This document shows positions 30,001 to 37,948 of a DNA stretch of 37,948 nucleotides, in pieces (within the stretch, counting starts at the first letter, position 1; each line of letters opens with the position of its first letter). The notes beneath the pieces were generated by a model. It did not search any database, had not been told where the DNA came from, and worked only from the letters and a program-made list of their open reading frames with translations. Made by a program: the position numbers and the translations under genes. Source of the DNA: a virus. Its lineage: Duplodnaviria; Heunggongvirae; Uroviricota; Caudoviricetes. The stretch lies in IMG/VR virus record IMGVR_UViG_2939162341_000002. The stretch is one strand, 5' to 3'.

Positions 30001-30427
30001 TTTTGTTAAAACAGTATCCAAATCATTCCCGAAAAAGGCTGGTACGTGGGGTAACACGGAAACACCAGACGGGACGGTTACAGTCACCATCAGCGATGAT
30101 CATAACTTTGACCGTCAAATCATTATTCCGCCCATTATCTTTAACGGTATAGCGTATGATGATCCGGGAAGTGGTGATAACCCGGGAGGTACAAGGTACA
30201 CGGGGTATGGTTTTGAAGTTCGCAAAAACGGCGTATTAATCGCATCCAGAGAAACTAAAGGGGCCATTCCCGGTAGTTACAGTGCGGTTATTGATATGCC
30301 GAGTGGCAGGGGAAGCGTCACTCTGGAGTTTAAGATTTTCCAGAAAGGCAATCAGGGGGCAGGCAATATCACCGACTGTACGGTGATTGTGACCAAAAAG
30401 GCTGCTTCCGGCATCAGTATTCGTTGA
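27014..30427 (+). CDS. Central tail fibre / host specificity protein J
   Basis: 1137 aa; lambda J-like N-terminus ([22 protein letters not shown]...); position after I. Confidence 0.92.
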   Translation: MGKGSSKGHTPREAKDNLKSTQLLSVIDAISEGPVEGPVDGLKSVLLNSTPVLDSEGNTNISGVTVVFRAGEQEQTPPEGFESSGSETVLGTEVKYDTPITRTITSANIDRLRFTFGVQALVETTSKGDRNPSEVRLLVQIQRNGGWVTEKDITIKGKTTSQYLASVVVDNLPPRPFSIRMRRMTPDSTTDQLQNKTLWSSYTEIIDVKQCYPNTALVGVQVDSEQFGSQQVSRNYHLRGRILQVPSNYNPQTRQYSGIWDGTFKPAYSNNMAWCLWDMLTHPRYGMGKRLGAADVDKWALYVIGQYCDQSVPDGFGGTEPRITCNAWLTTQRKAWDVLSDFCSAMRCMPVWNGQTLTFVQDRPSDKVWTYNRSNVVMPDDGAPFRYSFSALKDRHNAVEVNWIDPNNGWETATELVEDTQAIARYGRNVTKMDAFGCTSRGQAHRAGLWLIKTELLETQTVDFSVGAEGLRHVPGDVIEICDDDYAGISIGGRVLAVNSQTRTLTLDREITLPSSGTTLISLVDGSGNPVSVEVQSVTDGVKVKVSRVPDGVAGYSVWGLKLPTLRQRLFRCVSIRENDDGTYAITAVQHVPEKEAIVDNGAHFDGDQSGTVNGVTPPAVQHLTAEVTADSGEYQVLARWDTPKVVKGVSFMLRLTVAADDGSERLVSTARTTETTYRFTQLAPGNYRLTVRAVNAWGQQGDPASVSFRIAAPAAPSRIELTPGYFQITATPHLAVYDPTVQFEFWFSEKRITDIRQVETTARYLGTALYWIAASINIRPGHDYYFYVRSVNTVGKSAFVEAVGRASDDAEGYLDFFKGKITESHLGKELLEKVDLTEDNASKLDEFSKEWKDANDKWNAMWGVKIEQTKDGKHYVAGLGLSMEDTEEGKLSQFLVAANRIAFIDPANGNETPMFVAQGNQIFMNDVFLKRLTAPTITSGGNPPVFSLTPDGKLTAKNADISGSVNANSGTLNNVTINENCTIKGMLEANQVRGDFVKTVSKSFPKKAGTWGNTETPDGTVTVTISDDHNFDRQIIIPPIIFNGIAYDDPGSGDNPGGTRYTGYGFEVRKNGVLIASRETKGAIPGSYSAVIDMPSGRGSVTLEFKIFQKGNQGAGNITDCTVIVTKKAASGISIR

Positions 30428-30449
30428 AATTGTTATAACCCCAATAAAG

Positions 30450-30473
30450 GGCGTCAGGAATGACGCCTTTTTT
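30450..30473 (+). terminator. Rho-independent terminator after J
   Basis: GGCGTCA-GGAA-TGACGCC followed by TTTTTT. Confidence 0.65.
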
Positions 30474-30497
30474 ATTGCAGAAAAGCGAGAGGTAATT

Positions 30498-31097
30498 ATG
30501 CGTAAAGTTTGTGCAGCCATTTTGTCCGCAGCCATCTGTCTGGTCGTATCCGGTGCGCCTGCATGGGCGTCTGAACATCAGTCCACGCTGAGCGCGGGGT
30601 ATCTTCATGCCTCGACGAACGTTCCCGGCAGCGATGATCTGAACGGGATTAATGTGAAATACCGCTATGAGTTTACGGACACGCTGGGGATGGTGACGTC
30701 ATTCAGCTATGCAGGAGACAAGAATCGCCAGCTGACCCGCTACAGCGATACCCGCTGGCATGAAGATTCCTTGCGTAACCGCTGGTTCAGCGTGATGGCG
30801 GGGCCGTCTGTACGCGTGAATGAATGGTTCAGCGCGTATGCGATGGCGGGTGTGGCTTACAGCCGTGTGTCGACTTTCTCCGGGGATTATCTCCGCGTAA
30901 CTGACAACAAGGGGAAAACGCACGATGTGCTGACCGGAAGTGATGACGGTCGCCACAGCAACACGTCTCTGGCGTGGGGAGCTGGCGTGCAGTTTAACCC
31001 GACCGAATCGGTGGCCATTGATATTGCTTATGAAGGCTCCGGCAGTGGCGACTGGCGCACTGACGGTTTCATCGTGGGTGTCGGTTATAAGTTCTGA
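30498..31097 (+). CDS. lom: Lom-like outer-membrane beta-barrel protein (Ail/PagC/Lom family)
   Basis: 199 aa; signal peptide; alternating beta-strand pattern; C-terminal aromatic residue (GVGYKF); canonical lom position between J and stf. Confidence 0.85.
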   Translation: MRKVCAAILSAAICLVVSGAPAWASEHQSTLSAGYLHASTNVPGSDDLNGINVKYRYEFTDTLGMVTSFSYAGDKNRQLTRYSDTRWHEDSLRNRWFSVMAGPSVRVNEWFSAYAMAGVAYSRVSTFSGDYLRVTDNKGKTHDVLTGSDDGRHSNTSLAWGAGVQFNPTESVAIDIAYEGSGSGDWRTDGFIVGVGYKF

Positions 31098-31123
31098 TTA
31101 GCCAGGTAACACAGTGTTATGAC

Positions 31124-31150
31124 AGCCCGCCGGTTCAGGCGGGCTTTTTT
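31124..31150 (+). terminator. Rho-independent terminator after lom
   Basis: AGCCCGCC-GGTTCA-GGCGGGCT followed by TTTTTT. Confidence 0.65.
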
Positions 31151-31161
31151 GTGGGGTGAAT

Positions 31162-34100
31162 ATGGCAGTAAAGATTTCAGGTGTACTGAAAGACGGTGCA
31201 GGTAAACCGGTACAGAACTGCACAATCCAGCTGAAAGCAAAACGTAACAGCACCACGGTGGTGGTGAACACGGTGGCATCTGAAAATCCGGATGAAGCAG
31301 GGCGTTACAGCATGGACGTTGAGTACGGTCAGTACAGCGTTATTCTGTTGGTGGAAGGATTCCCGCCGTCACATGCCGGGACCATCACCGTGTATGAAGA
31401 CTCACAACCGGGTACGCTGAATGATTTTCTCGGTGCCATGACGGAGGATGATGCCCGTCCGGAGGCACTGCGCCGCTTTGAACTGATGGTGGAAGAGGTG
31501 GCGCGTAACGCGTCCGCAGTGGCACAGAACACGGCAGCCGCGAAGAAGTCAGCCAGTGATGCCAGCACATCTGCCAGTGAGGCGGCAACCCATGCGACTG
31601 ATGCTGCAGATTCAGCACGTGCAGCCAGCACGTCAGCCGGACAGGCCGCGACGTCGGCTCAGGAGGCTTTTTCCAGCGCAGGAACGGCATCAGCAAAAGC
31701 CTCTGAGGCATCAAAAAGTGCTGCCGCTGCAGAGTCCTCAAAAAGCGCGGCGGCTACCAGTGCCGGTGCGGCGAAAACGTCAGAAACGAATGCTGCAGCG
31801 TCACAAAAATCTGCAGCCACTTCTGCATCCACCGCGACCACGAAAGCGTCAGAAGCTGCCACCTCAGCCCGGGATGCGGCGGCCTCAAAAGAGGCAGCGA
31901 AATCATCAGAAACGAACGCATCATCAAGTGCCAGTAGTGCAGCTTCCTCGGCAACGGCGGCAGGAAATTCCGCGAAGGCCGCAAAAACGTCTGAGACGAA
32001 TGCGGATAACAGCGCACAGGCGGCAGCAGACTCACAAACTGCATCGGCAAACTCCGCGACAGCAGCCAAAAAATCAGAAACCAACGCGAAAAATAGCGAG
32101 GCAGCAGCAAAGAGCAGCGAAACAAACGCTAAAGCCAGCGAAACTAATGCTAAATCCAGTGAAACAAACGCGGCGAAATCTGCGGCGGACGCACTTAATT
32201 ATCGCAACCAGGCGCAAGTAATTGTTGGCGATAATATCGGTCTTGGTGAAGTTGCCATGACCTGCACTGATATCTCTGTTGAGCCATCAGGTTATATTGG
32301 ATTTGTCAGGATTTACATCTCAGCGAAAGGTTATCCATCAGTAGCGTCTAGTGCCGGGGATAATCTTATTTCTGGTTATATAGTTAGATCAGAAGTGTCA
32401 ACAAAAAGATATTCCGGTCTATTTGTTGGTTCAGATACAAAATCATTGTATTCGTACATTTACAGCCAAAGTTCTGGCCCGCAATGGATACGTCATACCC
32501 GCAGAGATGAATTAAGCCGCTTTGGTCAAAATGAATCAACAACTCGTATGTATGGTCCAACTGGTGATCGTTTCTTTGAAATCCATACTAACGGGAGTTG
32601 GGGGGTTTATGATTCTTCTTCTGGACAATGGTCTCCGTTAGGTTTAGCCCAGGGCGGTACTGGTGGAAGAACTATCGAGCAAGCACGTGCGAACTTGCGG
32701 GTAATGTATGAGCAAAAAGCTGGCCTTGCTAATACTGACCTAAACACCCTTACCGGTGAATATTCTGGTTTCTATCAACAACCAACGAGCGCTTACGCAA
32801 CAGAAGAATTAAATTACCCAATCGGTCTGGCGGGCGCTTTAATAGTGCTCCAAACGAGAGCCAACACTGCTTCTTCCTGCGTTCAGGTGTACTACCCTTA
32901 TAATAATCCGGGAATTACTTATAGACGAATATATGAAGGAGGTAGCGGTACCTGGTCTGAATGGAAGAGAGATGTATCAACAGAAAGGGTTGAAGAGGGA
33001 AAAGAAACAACTTACGTATATTCTACGTATTCTTCAGGCGCACCACGCTTACAGGTTTCCAAATCTGGTTTGTGGGGTTGTCATAATGGCACTGGCTGGT
33101 TGCCATTAGCTGTTGGGCAAGGAGGTACAGGTGCGACAACAGTAGAAGATGCGCGAAACAACTTAAGTCTTGGCGAAAGTAGCGCAGTTAAATTTAAAAA
33201 CCTTACTTTAACCGAAGCGCTCGACACGACATTAGGACTGCTTACAAAAACAGGACGAGACTGGAACACGCAGCATACTGATAACATTAATAAATTTATA
33301 CCAATTGCAGGCAGTACAAACGGCCCGGCAGGTTCTATGGTTCTTGGCGGCATTCATGTTCAATTTAGTAAAAATTATGCTGTGCAGTTCGGAGGCCGCA
33401 ATTCCGGTTTTTGGGGAAGAACAATTGAAAATGGAACGACGCAGGAATGGAAGAAATTACTAACAGTAGACGATCTCAATTCATCTACCGATCTTGCTGT
33501 CAGGTCATTAACCACATCTAACCCGGTAAAATCTGGCGGAGGGCGAATTGATGTCCTTGGAAGCACGTCAGACTATAGCAAAATGGATTGCTTTGTACGT
33601 GGGTTTGATAGCACCGGTAATTCTCTCGCGTGGGCGTTGGGTTCATCAGTCGGCGTAAGTAAGATGCTGTCGCTAAAAAATTTCTTTAGCGGAGCTGAGA
33701 TACTGCTAAATGGTAATGACGGCGCGGTTCAACTCAAAACAGGTGCTGTTAACGGGGCTAAAGCGCAGGCGCTCACTATCAACAAGGATGAGGTTAACTC
33801 AACAGTTGATTTAACCCTTACAAAACAATCAGGGACTGGCAATCGTTTTGTTTTACAGAACTTAGGTAATACAGAACTATCATTTGCCGCAAAAGTATGG
33901 GGATCAAGTGATCGACAAAACGTTTTTGAGGTTGGAACGTCTGCTGCATATCTGTTTTATGCGCAAAAAACATCAGCAGGCCAGTTGTTTGATGTAAATG
34001 GCGCTATTAATTGCACAACGCTGAATCAGTCATCAGACCGCGACCTTAAAGACGATATTCTCGTTATCAGCGACGCGACGAAAGCAATCCGTAAAATGAA

Positions 34101-34467
34101 CGGATACACCTACACGCTCAAGGAAAACGGGATGCCTTATGCTGGCGTTATTGCACAGGAAGTAATGGAGGCGATACCAGAAGCTGTGGGATCGTTTACT
34201 CATTATGGTGAAGAGTTGCAAGGTCCGACCGTTGACGGCAACGAGCTACGCGAAGAAACTCGCTATCTTAATGTTGACTACTCCGCCGTGACGGGTTTAC
34301 TTGTTCAGGTCGCCCGTGAAACAGATGATCGCGTTACCGCGCTGGAAGAGGAAAACACAACGCTACGTCAAAATCTGGCAACAGCAGGCACCCGGATCAG
34401 CACTCTGGAAAATCAGGTAAGCGAACTGGTTGCACTTGTCGGGCAGTTAACAGGAAGCGAACATTGA
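31162..34467 (+). CDS. stf: Side tail fibre protein (StfR-like N-terminus, Ala/Ser-rich repeat shaft, C-terminal intramolecular chaperone domain)
   Basis: Starts MAVKISGVLKDGAGKPVQNCTIQLKAKRNS like K-12 StfR as recalled; long AS-rich repeat region; C-terminal region (SDRDLKDDILVISDATKAIRKMNGYTYTL...) resembles peptidase S74-type chaperone domains. Confidence 0.88.
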   Translation: MAVKISGVLKDGAGKPVQNCTIQLKAKRNSTTVVVNTVASENPDEAGRYSMDVEYGQYSVILLVEGFPPSHAGTITVYEDSQPGTLNDFLGAMTEDDARPEALRRFELMVEEVARNASAVAQNTAAAKKSASDASTSASEAATHATDAADSARAASTSAGQAATSAQEAFSSAGTASAKASEASKSAAAAESSKSAAATSAGAAKTSETNAAASQKSAATSASTATTKASEAATSARDAAASKEAAKSSETNASSSASSAASSATAAGNSAKAAKTSETNADNSAQAAADSQTASANSATAAKKSETNAKNSEAAAKSSETNAKASETNAKSSETNAAKSAADALNYRNQAQVIVGDNIGLGEVAMTCTDISVEPSGYIGFVRIYISAKGYPSVASSAGDNLISGYIVRSEVSTKRYSGLFVGSDTKSLYSYIYSQSSGPQWIRHTRRDELSRFGQNESTTRMYGPTGDRFFEIHTNGSWGVYDSSSGQWSPLGLAQGGTGGRTIEQARANLRVMYEQKAGLANTDLNTLTGEYSGFYQQPTSAYATEELNYPIGLAGALIVLQTRANTASSCVQVYYPYNNPGITYRRIYEGGSGTWSEWKRDVSTERVEEGKETTYVYSTYSSGAPRLQVSKSGLWGCHNGTGWLPLAVGQGGTGATTVEDARNNLSLGESSAVKFKNLTLTEALDTTLGLLTKTGRDWNTQHTDNINKFIPIAGSTNGPAGSMVLGGIHVQFSKNYAVQFGGRNSGFWGRTIENGTTQEWKKLLTVDDLNSSTDLAVRSLTTSNPVKSGGGRIDVLGSTSDYSKMDCFVRGFDSTGNSLAWALGSSVGVSKMLSLKNFFSGAEILLNGNDGAVQLKTGAVNGAKAQALTINKDEVNSTVDLTLTKQSGTGNRFVLQNLGNTELSFAAKVWGSSDRQNVFEVGTSAAYLFYAQKTSAGQLFDVNGAINCTTLNQSSDRDLKDDILVISDATKAIRKMNGYTYTLKENGMPYAGVIAQEVMEAIPEAVGSFTHYGEELQGPTVDGNELREETRYLNVDYSAVTGLLVQVARETDDRVTALEEENTTLRQNLATAGTRISTLENQVSELVALVGQLTGSEH
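31525..32200 (+). repeat. Low-complexity Ala/Ser/Thr-rich tandem repeat region inside stf
   Basis: Reiterated SETNA(K/A)(S/A)S-type units in the translation; produces multiple overlapping spurious ORFs on both strands. Confidence 0.8.
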
Positions 34468-34640
34468 TATCCTTCAAGCCCTGAAGGAGGCTGTTCCTGG
34501 TACGTTCAGACTGTTGTTGAGCTGGAAATCGCAACGGAGGAAGAAACTTCGTTGCTGGAAGTCTGGAAAAAGTATCGGGTGTTGCTGAACCGTGTTAATA
34601 CATCAGTAGTACCGGATATTGAATGGCCAGCACTGCCGTA
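34468..34640 (+). pseudogene. Remnant of a tail fibre assembly gene (tfa C-terminus), in frame directly after the stf stop
   Basis: Translation ...[39 protein letters not shown] matches the conserved Tfa C-terminus as recalled; no start codon or RBS of its own. Confidence 0.7.
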
Positions 34641-34738
34641 GGGTAAAACATATAAATTCTATAATTAGATGTATCTTTCCATTTACGGCAAGGAAGGGGG
34701 CTTGGAAGACGTAAAGCATCTCACACCGAGATTATTTT

Positions 34739-35329
34739 TTATATGTCAGGTGTCTGAAGTTTTGCTTTGGCTCTTAAAATGGTTTGCCGCGAGGTTTTGA
34801 ATTCCCGGGCAATGGCACTTATACTTACACCTGACTTAATTCGTTCGAATACCACCTGTTTCTGTTCTTCATTTAACACAGGTGGTCGACCAAAACGTTT
34901 CCCTGCGCCGCGGGCTCTTACTATCCCGGAATGAGTGCGTTCAAGTAAAAGGTCTCGTTCAAATTCAGCGACTGCTGAAATTACTTGCATCATCATTTTT
35001 CCTGTTGGACTGGTCAGGTCAATGCCACCCAATGCTAAGCAATGCACTCTGATACCTGTTTCGGTCAGTTGTTCCACTGTTTTCCTGATATCCATTGCAT
35101 TACAACCAAGGCGATCCAGTTTTGTCACAATCAATTGATCACCACATTTCAGGCGAGCAAGCAACCGGTTAAAACCAGGACGCTCACTGGTTGCTGCTGA
35201 GCCGCTAATGTGTTCTTCGATTATTTGCTGAGGTTTGATTTTAAAACCTGCACTTTCGATTTCCCGGCGTTGATTTTCGGTGGTCTGATCCAGCGTTGAT
35301 ATCCGACAGTAAGCAAAAATTCGAGACAT
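34739..35329 (-). CDS. Serine recombinase (resolvase/invertase family)
   Basis: 196 aa; N-terminal catalytic motif (YCRISTLDQ with Ser nucleophile, KLDRLG); C-terminal HTH ([20 protein letters not shown]); occupies the Pin-invertase position next to the tail-fibre genes. Confidence 0.88.
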
Positions 35330-35645
35330 AGTGAGACTCTATACGAAATTGGTGTTCATATCATAATGCATCTCAGAAAATAATTATGATTATTTTTGTG
35401 CATATTTGTATGTACACGTTCGAAAATAAACGAATGCGTATGCAACCCCGTAATTTTGGTGAGACCCAAAATCGATTTTGTGAAAAATGGCTTTAACTCG
35501 GTTTGTTTTTCGAGTTCCGGGCGGACTCAAGGAAGAAGAATAGTGTTGCGTGTTATTTTAACCAGATTTCAAGTTGTTTGGTCGTGGAAAAGTGGAGCAA
35601 AATGTTGTTAAAGTGGAAAAATGATAAAAAAGTAAGTTTATTATA

Positions 35646-35879
35646 TTACATTTTACCATTTAAATTTTGGTTGTCTTTAAGAACTGATATCGCTGTTTGT
35701 AATAATTCTTTGTTATCCAGCCATGATTTTTTCTTTATGTTTCCTTCAATGTAATCAAGCAATGTTCTGGTATTGATAGGTCTTCCCTGTTTTGCTACTT
35801 CCACTACAGCATCCCCTAGGATAATTCTTACTTCAGGAAGCTGCGCAGGGAACCACTTTAGGGTGTCTTTTGATTTCAT
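35646..35879 (-). CDS. ydfK: YdfK/YnaE-family small protein
   Basis: 77 aa from the ATG with RBS AAGGA (MKSKDTLKWFPAQLPEVRIILGDAVVEVAKQG...); matches my recollection of K-12 YdfK; the ORF extends 11 codons upstream without an RBS. Confidence 0.7.
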   Translation of the reverse strand: MKSKDTLKWFPAQLPEVRIILGDAVVEVAKQGRPINTRTLLDYIEGNIKKKSWLDNKELLQTAISVLKDNQNLNGKM

Positions 35880-36664
35880 GAAGATATTCCTTAAAATATT
35901 ATTGATTTTCATTGCGATATTGTATGTCTGATTCAGGATATGTTGACTTATACATCGGTTTTGTCTGGGTTATTGGATATGCCAATCCCTAATTTTATTA
36001 GGGCATGACTAAAAATGCTGAATATGATAAGGAGAGATGTGATTATCAGTATGCTGTTCATATAGCCTCGAATTAGTAATGTGTTATATATGATATAGTT
36101 GACAATTTTTATCTTGGGTGTTCTTAAAGTTCGTAGATAAACATTGTCGTTTCAGGTATACAGGAATGCTAACAGGTGGCAGCAAAAATCAGGCGGTTTA
36201 TGGCGCAAGCTGAAGCGGCAACTGCAAACTATCTTATGCAGAGACTCTACACGGATTGGGTTTAAAAGTATACATAGATAACAGTTTTTATCTGAAAAAG
36301 AAAAATATCAAGGTGATATAGCCTATATGCCTTTGATGCGGAGGAATGAATGTGATGGGAGTGATGTATCTGAATAGTTGAAAAACCGCAGACACGCCTT
36401 ATGCAAGAACGTGCTGCGGTTGGCTGGTAAATTTTTCGATAGTGTGAGTATTGAATGATTTCCAGCCGTTCTTGATTTTACGCATAAATCCATGAAAAAA
36501 CTACTTATCTGTTGGGGAGTTTTTTTGGGGCATATATGGGACAGAAATAGGCCCCAGATAGACACTGAGATCGAACTTAGGATGCTTTTTAAAAAATGCA
36601 ACTATCTGAAAAAACCTAGAAAACGCCAAGGAAACCACAGGATGGGAAAAAACACCTGTGAATT

Positions 36665-37948
36665 ATGGATTTCCAGTTATATTCGCTCGGCGCAGCGTTA
36701 GTGTTTCATGAAATATTTTTTCCTGAATCATCAACGGCAATGGCGTTAATTCTGGCAATGGGAACCTACGGTGCAGGTTATGTGGCGCGTATTGTCGGAG
36801 CATTTATTTTCGGCAAAATGGGCGACAGAATAGGGCGTAAAAAAGTGCTCTTTATTACCATCACCATGATGGGGATCTGTACCACCTTAATTGGTGTGTT
36901 ACCGACCTATGCACAGATTGGTGTTTTTGCACCCATCTTGCTGGTGACGTTGCGTATTATTCAGGGGTTGGGTGCAGGTGCGGAAATTTCCGGTGCCGGT
37001 ACGATGCTGGCGGAATATGCGCCAAAAGGTAAGCGCGGAATTATCTCCTCATTTGTGGCTATGGGAACTAACTGCGGAACCTTGAGCGCAACGGCAATCT
37101 GGGCCTTTATGTTCTTCATTCTCAGTAAAGAGGAACTGCTGGCGTGGGGATGGCGTATACCGTTCCTGGCGAGCGTTGTCGTGATGGTCTTTGCTATCTG
37201 GTTGCGTATGAATCTGAAAGAAAGCCCGGTCTTTGAGAAGGTTAACGACAGTAACCAACCGACAGCAAAACCTGCACCTGCTGGTAGCATGTTCCAGAGC
37301 AAATCCTTCTGGCTGGCAACAGGGCTGCGTTTTGGTCAGGCGGGTAACTCCGGGTTAATTCAGACTTTCCTTGCAGGCTATTTAGTGCAGACGTTATTGT
37401 TTAACAAAGCAATTCCAACAGATGCATTGATGATCAGTTCGATTCTCGGCTTTATGACCATTCCGTTCCTTGGTTGGTTATCCGATAAAATTGGTCGCCG
37501 GATCCCGTATATTATTATGAATACCTCCGCGATTGTGCTGGCATGGCCAATGCTTTCTATCATTGTAGATAAAAGCTATGCCCCGAGCACCATTATGGTT
37601 GCACTGATTGTGATTCATAACTGTGCGGTGCTGGGATTATTTGCTCTGGAAAACATTACCATGGCAGAAATGTTCGGCTGTAAAAACCGCTTTACCCGGA
37701 TGGCTATTTCTAAAGAAATTGGTGGTCTTATCGCTTCCGGTTTTGGTCCTATCCTGGCGGGTATTTTCTGCACCATGACGGAATCCTGGTATCCGATCGC
37801 CATTATGATCATGGCATATTCAGTGATTGGTTTAATCTCTGCGCTGAAAATGCCAGAGGTGAAAGACCGTGATTTAAGTGCGCTGGAAGACGCTGCGGAA
37901 GATCAACCGCGTGTTGTAAGAGCTGCGCAACCTTCCAGAAGTCTGTAA
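36665..37948 (+). CDS. ydfJ: MFS metabolite:H+ symporter (YdfJ-like), N-terminally truncated host gene at the prophage junction
   Basis: 427 aa with MFS motifs (GKMGDRIGRKK, multiple TM segments); begins mid-way through the first transmembrane helix with no RBS, consistent with a lost 5' end; runs to the window end. Confidence 0.85.
   Translation: MDFQLYSLGAALVFHEIFFPESSTAMALILAMGTYGAGYVARIVGAFIFGKMGDRIGRKKVLFITITMMGICTTLIGVLPTYAQIGVFAPILLVTLRIIQGLGAGAEISGAGTMLAEYAPKGKRGIISSFVAMGTNCGTLSATAIWAFMFFILSKEELLAWGWRIPFLASVVVMVFAIWLRMNLKESPVFEKVNDSNQPTAKPAPAGSMFQSKSFWLATGLRFGQAGNSGLIQTFLAGYLVQTLLFNKAIPTDALMISSILGFMTIPFLGWLSDKIGRRIPYIIMNTSAIVLAWPMLSIIVDKSYAPSTIMVALIVIHNCAVLGLFALENITMAEMFGCKNRFTRMAISKEIGGLIASGFGPILAGIFCTMTESWYPIAIMIMAYSVIGLISALKMPEVKDRDLSALEDAAEDQPRVVRAAQPSRSL

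Noticed and set aside
31329-32221. Cluster of overlapping ORFs on both strands within the stf repeat region (31329..31631, 31385..31741, 31556..32221, 31659..32084, 31754..32125)
   Set aside because: Artefacts of the Ala/Ser-rich low-complexity repeat in stf; the translations are repetitive and out of frame with the supported gene.
36492-36701. 69-aa ORF overlapping the start of the MFS transporter gene
   Set aside because: No RBS and no recognisable similarity; overlaps the truncated ydfJ junction and is probably a chance frame in AT-rich DNA. It could conceivably hold a remnant of the ydfJ N-terminus, but I could not align it.

Overview
This window is almost entirely a decayed lambdoid prophage, probably a Qin-type element, running from a tyrosine integrase at the left edge to a 5'-truncated MFS transporter gene (ydfJ-like) at the right edge. 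All protein identifications are from reading the translations and recalling known families; no database search was run. Left arm: integrase, Xis-like excisionase, and a DnaQ-like exonuclease whose 5' end abuts an IS1 copy (3574..4341). No repressor, replication or Q antiterminator genes are present. Instead there is a three-gene cargo block (Blc-like lipocalin, DUF523/DUF1722 protein, AT-rich AraC-family regulator), then a lysis cassette (dual-start holin, two unknown small genes, endolysin, Rz/Rz1) and cold-shock-type morons (cspI, ynfN-like, gnsB). An IS3 copy (11143..12400) has destroyed the small terminase gene. The late operon is lambda-like and near-complete (terminase large subunit through J, Lom, mosaic side tail fibre), but K carries an in-frame TGA and the capsid gene ends at a TAG followed by 32 in-frame codons. 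The right end holds a tfa remnant, a serine recombinase and a YdfK-like gene. I did not find a confidently recognisable novel system; the best candidates for undescribed function are the two small genes inside the lysis cassette and the lipocalin/DUF523-DUF1722/AraC block.
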